From assembly GCF_000143415.4 (NCBI RefSeq), contig NW_003314330.1, positions 62,001-126,000 on the forward strand: a stretch of 64,000 nt of DNA, written 5' to 3'. The stretch's first letter is position 1, and each line of letters begins with the position of its first letter. Shown here piece after piece: positions 25,492-35,124 of this stretch. This DNA is from Selaginella moellendorffii (lineage: Eukaryota; Plantae; Lycopodiophyta). The notes beneath the pieces are model-generated. The model did no database searches. It saw only the letters and a program-made list of their open reading frames with translations, and was not told the DNA's origin. Both the position numbers and the translations under genes were made by a program.

Positions 25492-26103
25492 TTAGCACTT
25501 CTTCACTGTGAGGGCATTCTTAAGCATCTTGACTGTGTCCGTGCTCACCTTGAAAGCCTTGCTGAGGATTTGATCGTCAATTCCAGACCCAAAGAGGGTG
25601 ACGGGGAGGGAAACGGTGCCGGCATTGGAGCTCCCGAAGGCCGAGATGGCCTTAGCCTCGTGCTGTCCATCGTTGAATTGGAAGTGGACGAGACCCTTTG
25701 GAAACACGAACATATCTCCCACCTCGAGCTTCTGGACGAAGAGCTTGTTGGTGGTGTCCACCAGGCCGACGCTGAGCGAGCCCTGTAAGACGAAGAGGAG
25801 CTCCGCGCCCCGGGGATGGATGTGTGGGGGATTGGTCGTGCCTGGCTGGTAGGAGAGCTTGGCCATGGAGACGCCGAGGCCATTCAGACTAGGGAATTCC
25901 GCGAGCGATGCCTTCTTCACCAGGAAAGTTCCTGCTGGAGCCGTGACATCGTCGCGAAAGCCAGTGAAAGTGAAGAAGCTCGCGTTGGTGGCGGCGGGAT
26001 TAGCAGCGAAATCCGAGACAAGCTCCGGATCTGAGGCAAAGACTGCCACCGCAACAAGAGCTAACAAGAAGAAGAAGATCACTTGCAAACTATTCGTCGA
26101 CAT
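25492..26103 (-). CDS. Germin-like protein, close paralogue of 19408-20031
   Basis: Same germin boxes; only a few substitutions relative to the first copy. Confidence 0.95.
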   Translation of the reverse strand: MSTNSLQVIFFFLLALVAVAVFASDPELVSDFAANPAATNASFFTFTGFRDDVTAPAGTFLVKKASLAEFPSLNGLGVSMAKLSYQPGTTNPPHIHPRGAELLFVLQGSLSVGLVDTTNKLFVQKLEVGDMFVFPKGLVHFQFNDGQHEAKAISAFGSSNAGTVSLPVTLFGSGIDDQILSKAFKVSTDTVKMLKNALTVKKC

Positions 26104-26550
26104 GATACTGTGTTTGCAAACTTAGCTCGAGACAAGGAGGCTAAAGAGCTTGCAGACTTTGATCCTGACTGATACACAAGTTGGAATTACCCCGGTTTTT
26201 ATACCGGAGCAAAGCTCCGTGTTCTTGCTGCCAATACCGCGTTAATCCTCTGGTAAAATGGGCTCACCTTGACAAAGAATGCCTCGAGCAAAGCGTCCAT
26301 GTTTGTTTGATCTTGTTGGAATCATTGTCGCATATCCATCCATCCAGAAAACATTCTCTTTCAGATTTATTGGAGCGAAGTTTTGACAAAAGATGTTTTG
26401 TTTTGACAAGCTAGAAGTTTCAGTGAAGATCATCTTCGAGGGATGATTGATAAGCAAAACATGCAGAGGTGGTAGGCCAAAAAACGTATTTTGGACTCGA
26501 AGATCTGTAAACCACCGTTCAATCCACCAACTTCATGCGCTGAATGATCC

Positions 26551-27383
26551 CTACTGTCTCTTCTTTTCGAAGCCAGCGTTTCGTACTGCATCTCTGTTGA
26601 TCCTCTTCTTGAATTTCGACGAGTTTTGGTACTGGTAGTCACGAACAATGAAGAGAACCGTCTCCAGGATCATCCCAGCAAAAAGGCCGATCAGGCCCCC
26701 TGCGACATGCTACACGGGAATCGTACCAGAGAAACCAAAGTGGAAAAAATGAGAAGATCACGTACCAGGACCACGGATTCCTCAAACTGGGATCTAAACA
26801 ACGCAAAGCCCAAGAGAAAGCCAGTGAACATTGTGACAATCACATGAAGACCTGCGATCTAGACTTGTTTCGCGTCCTTCTTCCTTGTCAAAGAATGAGA
26901 GATACATACCGAAACCAATTTGATCTTTGTAGGTGGAGAGTGGAACCATCTCTTCGTTCTCCTTCACCACGTCTTTCACTAGATCTTTGTAAGCCTTTTG
27001 ATCTGCTAGCTCTTGTAGCTTTTGAAGACGTTCTTGTAGCTCCCTGGGCTGTGAGAAAGACATCAAAGAAATCGCAAAGCATGCAGAAAGAAAAAAAAAG
27101 AGAAATGAGAGAGGAAACGAACCTTTTCTCTCGGCTTAGGGGACTGGAAGGCGAATGTAGCCCCTTCCAGCAATCGACGGAAGCTCGGCCGCGCCTCGGG
27201 AGAAAAATTACTCCACACATCGCGAATGACCTGATACGGCACCACTGACGCATCCTTGTACCTCAGAGCGAGCTCGGAGACGCGATCGGGCAGCAGCGAC
27301 GCCGAGCTACTGGCGGCATCGAGAAATTCCTGGATACCGGCCGTAGAGTGGAAGCGCAATCCCGCCACGCGATTGTCCTCCAT
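26551..27383 (-). CDS. VMA12: ER V-ATPase assembly factor Vma12/TMEM199-like (exons 27383-27123, 27048-26910, 26851-26766, 26709-26551)
   Basis: SPKPREK|PRELQERLQKLQELADQKAYKDLVKDV..YKDQIGFG|LHVIVTMFTGF..|..GMILETVLFIVR; in-frame GT-AG introns and two C-terminal TM helices. Confidence 0.85.
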
Positions 27384-27480
27384 AGCTACGAAGAACCCTA
27401 AAACCAAGCCACTTGTCAGAATAGTGACCGTCGATCTAACGGCGCGCGCATTTTAGGGCTTCCTGAGCGCTTGGCGCAGA

Positions 27481-28371
27481 ATGCACGCCTCGATTCCTTC
27501 GATTCCTTCTATTCCCTGCCGGTTCGGCAGGGCTGCGGCACCTGGAGATCACATCGCGCCGCGCGCTGCGATTCCTGGCAATTCGAGCTATAGATTCTTG
27601 CATGGCGTCGACCACAAATTTGGTATTTCGATGCGTCGCAGGGTCAATGTCGCTAGAAGGCGTCCAGGGGCCACAAGAAAAGCTGGGAACATCGTTGTCT
27701 CGCAGCTCAATGATTTTCTAAGAGGTTAGCCGCTAGCCTTTCATTTTTAAACTTTCTTCTTTGTTTCTTTTTGTTCTTCTATCTACAGTGGTACGTATTG
27801 TCGCCAGGACAGCGAACGATAGTCTGGAGGCTGGAAGCAAATTGGTGCCTGTGAGTGGTTTTTTTTTCTGCCATGGATCGTTGAAGTGATCTTAGTTAGT
27901 GGCAAGCAAAGTCTTTTTTCGAATTGTTTGCGTGAGTTTCGAGTGACAAAGTTCTCTGGAGTGTGTTCTTCTTTTTTTTTTGTCGCTGGAGTCGTGTGTG
28001 TTAGTGGCATGTTGGATTTGCTTGAGTGAGACTTTCAAAGTTCTCTGATTTGGTGGCTAAGCACCTTTGTTTTTTAATTTCCAGGAATCTGTGCCGAGGC
28101 CTGCTGCGAAGGCAATTGTCGCCGTTCTAGGAATCGTGGCCACCTCCTTCCTGTTTAGCTCTCTACTTTCGCTCGCGAGCTTGGCCCTGGTAAGGCCTTT
28201 TCCTCTTTTCTACGGAACAAACTCTTGTTTTTGTTTCAGGGAATCGCTGGAATTGCGTATTTTGCGTACGTCTACTTTAGCAGAGACGCAAGTGGTGGCA
28301 AAAGGAGCCAGCCCAGCAGCACGGAGTCAAGCTTAGAGGAAGCCAGGAGGATCATGGAAAAGTACAAGTAG
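27481..28371 (+). CDS. Small plastid-type membrane protein (exons 27481-27724, 27789-27850, 28085-28189, 28240-28371)
   Basis: Arg/Ser-rich transit-like N-terminus, VPESVPRP, a hydrophobic hairpin and C-terminal SLEEARRIMEKYK; canonical introns keep frame. Confidence 0.8.
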
Positions 28372-29021
28372 GGGAGAAAAAGAAGCTCCAGGTGCGCATA
28401 CGTTTCTCTCATCAATCTCGAGCATACTTTCGAGAAACTCGAGGCTTTGGCTCGCAAAGTCAATGATTTCTTCATGAGGACGCAACAGGGATTTGTAACT
28501 AATGGTCTACTTCCCAGTTTCTAGAGGCGTTGATCTCGAGTTTGAGATTGGAGGAGAGAAGGGGAAAAAGAGGGAAGTGGCCTATCAAGCACACACAACC
28601 TCTATAGTGCTCGCACGGGGATTTCGTACAAAGTTTCTAGAAGCGAATGCTACGTTTATTAAGATCAACAGAGAAATTGGAAGCTTCCTTTCGTGAAAAT
28701 TAGGTTCGCGCATTCGCTGGTCAGTGGTGTAGCGAATCAAATATCAACGTCAATTCGATAGAAGTTTGATCCCGTCACTCACTCATATTATTCACTCACA
28801 CTGCTGTTCTAGAAGCACTGGCCTTATACGCGAGTGTAAGTGGCCACTAAACTGATGGCACCTCCTCCTCTCCCCAGATTTTAGAAGCTTCGATGGCGGC
28901 AGTTATTGTCGTTGTCGAGGTGGCAAGCGGATAAGACACGCAGTTTTGTCCGCCACATGGGCGCACGGACACGCGTCGCCAGGTCATTCGGGCTTAAGCC
29001 GCCAAATCAGCCGCAAACCCG

Positions 29022-29055
29022 AGAATATTCTCAGAAGATTCTTATCGAATATTCA
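29022..29055. promoter_or_regulatory. Heat-shock element cluster upstream of DnaJ gene
   Basis: GAATATTC-TCA-GAAGATTC-TTATC-GAATATTC (three GAAnnTTC) just upstream of TTATAA at about 29068; further TTCTAGAA at about 28635 and 28807. Confidence 0.6.
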
Positions 29056-29209
29056 GGTCCCGTTTGCTTATAAGGGCCATTCCTCCACAATACCTATACA
29101 CACGAATTTCACCGACGCGAAAGATCAAGAGCAAAGAAATTCCTTTCTCTTTTCTTCCTCTGTTCTTGCGCTACTCGATCGATCTCCTCGATTTTTCCCT
29201 CTTCTCTTT

Positions 29210-29767
29210 ATGTTGATCGTCGCGGCCCCGAGCTCTCCGATCGCAGGAGTAAATTCGCCCAGCTTCTCGAGCAAACTCGCCAAATCCTCTCCAGTCCGCA
29301 GCTCCCCAGTCCGCCCCCGCTCGATCCAAGTGTCCGCGGCGGCGTCGCAGTGCATGGATTCGCCAGTGGCGACGCGATTCTCCGCCCAGCAGAGCCTGTA
29401 CGACGTTCTCGGCGTCGCCCAGCAATCGGATGTGAAGGACATTCGCAGCGCCTACCGGCATCTGGCCAGGATCACACACCCGGACGTGGCGGCGACGGAG
29501 AACAAGGAGGAATCCACCAAGGAGTTTCTGAAAATCCACGCAGCCTACACCACTCTGTGCGACCCGGAGCGCCGCGCCAGGTATGATCTCCAGCTCTCGC
29601 TGCAATCCCTGCCGCGATTCGGCAGCCCACGGGGATTCTCGGGAATTGGGTACGACAGCTACTCGTTCATGGCGCCATCGCCCATGAGGGCCTCGCCATC
29701 GCCATCGCCATCGCCATCCACGCAGTGGAAGACGAGTAGGAGCTGGGAGACCGACCAGTGCTGGTGA
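29210..29767 (+). CDS. Chloroplast-type small J-domain protein (DnaJ11-like)
   Basis: Ser-rich transit peptide, SLYDVLGV..AYRHLARITHPD..AYTTLCDPERRARYD, and C-terminal RSWETDQCW. Confidence 0.9.
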   Translation: MLIVAAPSSPIAGVNSPSFSSKLAKSSPVRSSPVRPRSIQVSAAASQCMDSPVATRFSAQQSLYDVLGVAQQSDVKDIRSAYRHLARITHPDVAATENKEESTKEFLKIHAAYTTLCDPERRARYDLQLSLQSLPRFGSPRGFSGIGYDSYSFMAPSPMRASPSPSPSPSTQWKTSRSWETDQCW

Positions 29768-30104
29768 GCGAGAGAAGGAAGAACACAAGAACAAAAATTT
29801 GGGGCTTTTTCGCCTCGCAGATCAGATCAAGGGGGTCTCAGCGAGCACTCAGGAATCGATCAATCGAGCTGCGAAAAGATGTCATTCGTTTCCAGGCGAT
29901 TTCCCTGGCAAGATCTCTGCGACCCCGAGAAATTTCTTCTCGCATACATTTGTAAATAGAGAATCGTCTGTATCAAAAGGACGAGCTGCTTTGCAACTCG
30001 CAGAGTTCCGTGGCTCTCCAAAGAGCTTTTTTTCGCAATTCGAAGCTTCCCCTTGTCCTCCACTAGCAAGAATTTTGTTTGGAGCCAAAAGTTTCTTCCA
30101 GAAA

Positions 30105-30345
30105 ATCGTGACAGGAGTAGAGTTTTTCGCAACTTACACAAGACAAGAGTAAAGACTTTTCCCATGACAATCTTCCGCAACTTACTTACACAGGAGTCAA
30201 GACTTTCACTTGTAAGTCTTCCGCAAACTTACACAAGAGTAAAGATTTTGTCTTGAGAGATCTCTTGCAACTTACACGCGAGTAAAGTCTTGAGAGGCTC
30301 TTGAATGCGTAAAGATTTCTGCTTGAAAATCTCTTGCCAGTTACA
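30105..30345. repeat. Diverged tandem repeat of about 50 bp (4-5 units)
   Basis: Core GCAACTTACAC..GAGTAAAGA recurs at about 30129, 30177, 30223 and 30267. Confidence 0.7.
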
Positions 30346-31234
30346 GGACGAGAAATTTCGGTCGCAACTTGGATCTGGCAAGTCGGTGGTCCCAAGGGGG
30401 TGAATTCTTATCCTTTGCAGGATTTGCATCACATGCAACCTTTGCATCCCAGTTTCATCGATCCAGCTCAACTCTTATCCCTTTGGCCGCGTGAGTCGTC
30501 CAAATCCATCCGTCTATAGATCAAGTAGTAATGTCAGTGTCACGAGATAAAATAATCCAAAACCACCCCCAAACCTTGCTGATTCGATCCTCATCTTCCA
30601 AGAGCTTCTATTTGATATGATCGATCGATCGGGGTCTCCTCCGGTGCATGGAACTCCATTTTCGAGCGCAACATGGCCATGACTTACGAACATGTTGGTC
30701 GCTGATTCCTCGGAAGTCTCTCTCCGCTTGACTTCCAGGAAGTAGAAAACGATTTCTTTTGTTGACTCTGCCACGGCCCCCTGCTTCGGAGTGTCCAAGT
30801 TCATACCAAATTCTTTGCTGCTGCCTTTTCCTTGTCGATTTGTCGGCTTACTGGCTTCCCTGGAACATGGAACAGGAAATCACAGAGTTAACTATCGTCT
30901 CACGTAAGCGCTGGCAATTAATATGAGAGAGAGCGCAGAGATCGCCCCAAGTGTTGAATCGTGATGAACAACTCAACACGCAAGAAGAGAAAAAAACCAA
31001 ACAATGTACCGCAAAAATTGAAAAAAGTTGGTGAAAGTTGGCCCATGCAACTCATACACCTTTCTAATCACAGGCACGACGAAAAGGTCACGAGAACGTC
31101 ACCTTCTTTCTAGAAGCGCGAGCCTCAGCCGTCCGATCTCGGGGGCCGCATCCAACGGCCGCCCGTCACGGGCGCGCGAAACTAAACCGCCTCGCAAGAT
31201 TCAAATTTTCGAATTCTTGCTTGCCTCGCGCGCT

Positions 31235-32504
31235 ATGGAAGCATTTCGCCTGGCAGCAATTCACGGAGGGATCAGCGCAACCGAGCTGAGAAGTAGAGTG
31301 GAAAACTTACGAGCAGCGTCGGTGCCGCGTTTTTCAGTGGAGTCACGAGTTTGCTGGCGACACCGGGGGAGGAGATTGCGGGCCAAGCAGGACGAGTGCG
31401 AGGAAGCGGCGCGAAGCATGAAGCAGGCACTCGATCACAACCCCGCCAAAGCTGCGGAGAAGCTGGTCTCTGCGTTGGATCCCGGCGGCAGAAAGGCCGT
31501 GATGACAGCGCTCTCTGGTAATGTCCTCACGTCAATCCTGCTATAAACAGCGAAGAAAAAACACACTTTCTACTCTCGGGAATGAGAGCACACTTACGCG
31601 CGCGTTTGGTTCTTGTTGGTTAGGCTACAGCTTCAGAGGAAAGCGATGACAATGACTCGAGATCTATCACTGGAAAGGAAACATTAATACTCACTTTCAA
31701 AGCTGCAATTGGTAAGTTAATACCCCGAGTGTTATGATCACCCGAATGAATTTCCGGGAAAACTTTCCTTGCAGGAATGGTTGGCTTCGGCTTTATAGGT
31801 GAGTGGTCGTTCTATACAGCCCCCATAATTCATCGAGCTCTCGCCCTGAGCAGATAACTCAATCATGATCATCGCTGGAGACGCTATCCAAAACACAATT
31901 GGTGATACCTTTGGCTTGTCTACCATGGCAGTAAGAAATTCTTCCGCGACGCCTGAACTGCAAAGAAAATTCCTGATTAAAGAATCCACGGAAATATCGA
32001 CGACATGCTAACCTGTTGTAAGCTCGTTGGTAGTCTGCAGGCCTTGGAAACGCTGTGTCCGATCTGCTCGGATCGCTTCTATGTGGATATATAGAGCGGG
32101 CTTCAGAGAAGTTTATGCCCGAGCTTGATCTTTCACCCTCGCAGCTTAAGTCCAACAATGCGCAATGGGCGGAGACCATTGGAGCGGCTTCAGGTGTTAC
32201 CTTTGGTTGCATTCTGGGGCTGTCGCCTCTCCTGTTTATATCAGACTCGGGCTCAGGTGGAAGCCACACTGTAGCTTCCACGAGCTACTGCGACAACGCT
32301 CCTGCAACCAAGCACGGCAAAAATCAGTCCCATCAATCGACGACAACCTTTGCATCTATGTCAGACGGATTTCGAGCACCGGGGCTGTGTCGCTTACAGC
32401 GTACAAAGTGCAGCTTTGCTCTAGTCGTATCTATTAGCCTGTTGATGATAGCAAAACGTATGGACGAGTTCCTGTCAAAGCGGAGGAGTCAAAACTCGCA
32501 ATAA
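31235..32504 (+). CDS. TMEM65: TMEM65-family membrane protein (exons 31235-31517, 31631-31711, 31775-31798, 31854-31930, 32034-32504)
   Basis: Spliced product GMVGFGFIDNSIMIIAGDAIQNTIG..GLSTMASAGLGNAVSDLLG..GYIE..GVTFGCILGLSPLLF matches the TMEM65 signature (GFGFLDN..STMAAAALGNLVSD..GCILGM). Confidence 0.85.
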
Positions 32505-32555
32505 AGTATCAGCAGAGACATACCTGTTCCATCCGGCCTCGAAGGAAAAGAAGTC

Positions 32556-34988
32556 TCACCAGAAGTCCTTGCAGGAGCAGGAGCCGTTCTTAAAGTGATG
32601 AAACCGATTTGAGTCCCTCACAATAATTTCTCGTCGTGTAATCTTCGACGTCAGCTTCGTCATGGCATGACAGTCGCCACATACACGAAGGTTCTTCATG
32701 ATACGAAGTGGAGTCCCCTGAGACGTGCTGATGATACCAAATGCGATAGCCAGCCTTTCACTGTGAGCGAAGAGCAGCGGTTCCTTCTGCCCAGCCTCCA
32801 CATCATGAGCAACGTGTGTCATATCAGGATCATATCCCGCTCTCTTCATTTCCTTGTCAAGTCTCTTGAGCTCATCAAATATCTCCTTGCTTCTTGGATT
32901 GGATTGATCCCCCGCAGTAAACTCATAGACGCTAGTTCCAAGCTTGATGATACTCCGCCCTGCGTTTTTTCTGATACCCCGGTCTAGCATCAACTTTCTG
33001 ATCCTGGAGGCCTCCTGAAAATCTCCAGCGTCGGCATGGATGCGTGCTAAAGCCACGTAGCCTGTCGACGCCTCCGGATCAATCCGAATAGCTCCTTTTG
33101 CAGCAAACTTTCCTCGTTTCATATCACCGTGACTTCTGCAGTTGGCAAGGAACGATGTCCACGTCAAAACGTCCGGCTCGAAAGGCATGCCTTGAATGAG
33201 AGCTTCGGCATCGCTCAGCCGACCAGCTTTGCCAAGAGATTCGACCATGCACCCGTAGTGGCCACCCCCTGGACGAACCCCGTGATCTTGCTGCATACAG
33301 ACGAAATAAGAGTGTGCTTCTTCCGGAAGGCCCGCATTGGCACAAGCTGATAGCACGCTCATAAATGTGATGTAGCTTGGCTCTTCCCCGTCAAGCCGCA
33401 TCAAAAGGAAGAGCTCGAACGCCTGCTGCTCGTGACTGTGTTGCGCATAGGCTCCTATCATGGCGTTCCAGGTCACAGAGCCTTTGGCAGTCTTGTCGAA
33501 GATGCTTCTGGCCACGTCCAGGATCCCACACTTCCCGTACATGTTGACGAGCGAGTTTGCAAGCTCTGTAACTTGAAAGGCTCTGTCTCCCAGCCTCCTG
33601 TGAACCTGTTTCCCCACTTCCATATCACCCAAGGTGGCACAAGCGTCTATAACGCTCACGTAGGTGTAGTCGTCCGGCACCACGCCTTCTTCTTGCATGA
33701 GTTCGTAGAAACGAAGAGCCTCGCTGGTGTGCCCGTGCTGGCTGTAAGCTGCGATCATAGTGTTCCACGCGATCACATCCGGCTGTGACATGCTTTTAAA
33801 CATGGCTTCCGCGTCTTGTAGACATCCACACTTCCCATACATGTTGAGTATGACGTTCTCCAGTGGAGCATGGTTCGAAGCTAGAGGATGCTCGCGAACA
33901 CAAGCGTGAATAGCTCTACCATCCTCCAGTGCCACAGGAACGCAGCAAGCTCCCAGGATGTTGATGAAAGTAACTTCGTCCATTTCCAGACCAAGTAGCA
34001 GCATCCTCCGAAAGAGTCCCATTGCCTCCTTGAAGCAGCAGTGCTGGACGTAGGCCGAAATGAGAACGTTCCAGGTGATAACGTTGGGCTCCTGGAGCTT
34101 GACGAAGGCCGCGTTTGCATCATGCAAGCCGCTACACTTGGCGTACATGTTGACGAGCGTAGTGCCTACAACCACGTCCTGATCAAATCCAGTTCGTAAG
34201 ATACAATCGTGAATGTACCTCGCAGATTTGAGCTGAGAAGGCTGGTCGTAGGCACTCATGAGCGTGATGTAAGTCACGCTGCAAGCTCTGATCCCCTCCA
34301 AGAACATCTTTTGCAGCGTCCTCAATGCTTCCAGCCCTCGTCTGTGCTCGGCAAAAGCCGCGATCATCGCGTTCCAGGAGACAGCGTTGAGCTCGGTCAT
34401 GCTCTCGAACGTCTTCACGGACTCTTCAAGGCTTCCACACTTGCTGTACATGGAGACCAAGGAGGTCGTTGCCACCACCGCGTCCTGGAAGCCATAGCGG
34501 CGGAGTAGAGCGTGGAGAGCTCTCCCAGCGGGGAGAAACTCGGGCCCGGCGGAGCAAGCGTTGATGGCAGCAGTGAAGGAGACGCTGTGTGGCTGGATTC
34601 CCTGCTTGAGCATCTCGTAGAAGAGAGCCAGAGCCTCTTGAGATCGCCCATGTTGAGCACACACTGTGATAAGGATCGTCCAGCTAAAGACGTTCTTGGC
34701 CGGGGTTGCCTCAAAGACGAGCCTGGCCTCCTCCAAGCTCCCACATTTTCCATACATCATCACCAGATGATTGGAAACATAGACATCGGATCCCAGCCCG
34801 ACTCTCCGGATCAGCTGATGGATCCGGCGACCCTCCGCTAGAGCCCCGAGCCTGGCGCAGGACTGGATTACCCTGACGCACTCCTTGAGATCCGCATCCT
34901 TGCGCTTCTGGAGCGCGTCGATTGCCGCTGCGATCTGGCCAAGCTGTTGCCGCTTTGAGAGCAGCGTGGAGAGGCGGCGAGGATGCAT
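32556..34988 (-). CDS. PLS-E-DYW PPR protein (organellar C-to-U editing factor), 810 aa
   Basis: PLS repeats, PG-box-like AGRSII, HSERLAIAFG, CGDCH and terminal CSCKDFW. Confidence 0.95.
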   Translation of the reverse strand: MHPRRLSTLLSKRQQLGQIAAAIDALQKRKDADLKECVRVIQSCARLGALAEGRRIHQLIRRVGLGSDVYVSNHLVMMYGKCGSLEEARLVFEATPAKNVFSWTILITVCAQHGRSQEALALFYEMLKQGIQPHSVSFTAAINACSAGPEFLPAGRALHALLRRYGFQDAVVATTSLVSMYSKCGSLEESVKTFESMTELNAVSWNAMIAAFAEHRRGLEALRTLQKMFLEGIRACSVTYITLMSAYDQPSQLKSARYIHDCILRTGFDQDVVVGTTLVNMYAKCSGLHDANAAFVKLQEPNVITWNVLISAYVQHCCFKEAMGLFRRMLLLGLEMDEVTFINILGACCVPVALEDGRAIHACVREHPLASNHAPLENVILNMYGKCGCLQDAEAMFKSMSQPDVIAWNTMIAAYSQHGHTSEALRFYELMQEEGVVPDDYTYVSVIDACATLGDMEVGKQVHRRLGDRAFQVTELANSLVNMYGKCGILDVARSIFDKTAKGSVTWNAMIGAYAQHSHEQQAFELFLLMRLDGEEPSYITFMSVLSACANAGLPEEAHSYFVCMQQDHGVRPGGGHYGCMVESLGKAGRLSDAEALIQGMPFEPDVLTWTSFLANCRSHGDMKRGKFAAKGAIRIDPEASTGYVALARIHADAGDFQEASRIRKLMLDRGIRKNAGRSIIKLGTSVYEFTAGDQSNPRSKEIFDELKRLDKEMKRAGYDPDMTHVAHDVEAGQKEPLLFAHSERLAIAFGIISTSQGTPLRIMKNLRVCGDCHAMTKLTSKITRREIIVRDSNRFHHFKNGSCSCKDFW

Positions 34989-35124
34989 CCCATTCTTCTC
35001 GCCCTAAAGTATTTACTGCAAATAGCCCTAAAGACTTAAGATTCCCGCCAGTTTTTATCTTTGAATAAATTAACGGGGATAATTAATTTAATATATAGAG
35101 ATAAAGAAATTAATAAAACTATAG

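Noticed and set aside
28705-28780. Short hairpin (ATTCGCT..AGCGAAT) as a possible tRNA or ncRNA
   Set aside because: No cloverleaf, no proper B-box and no other support.
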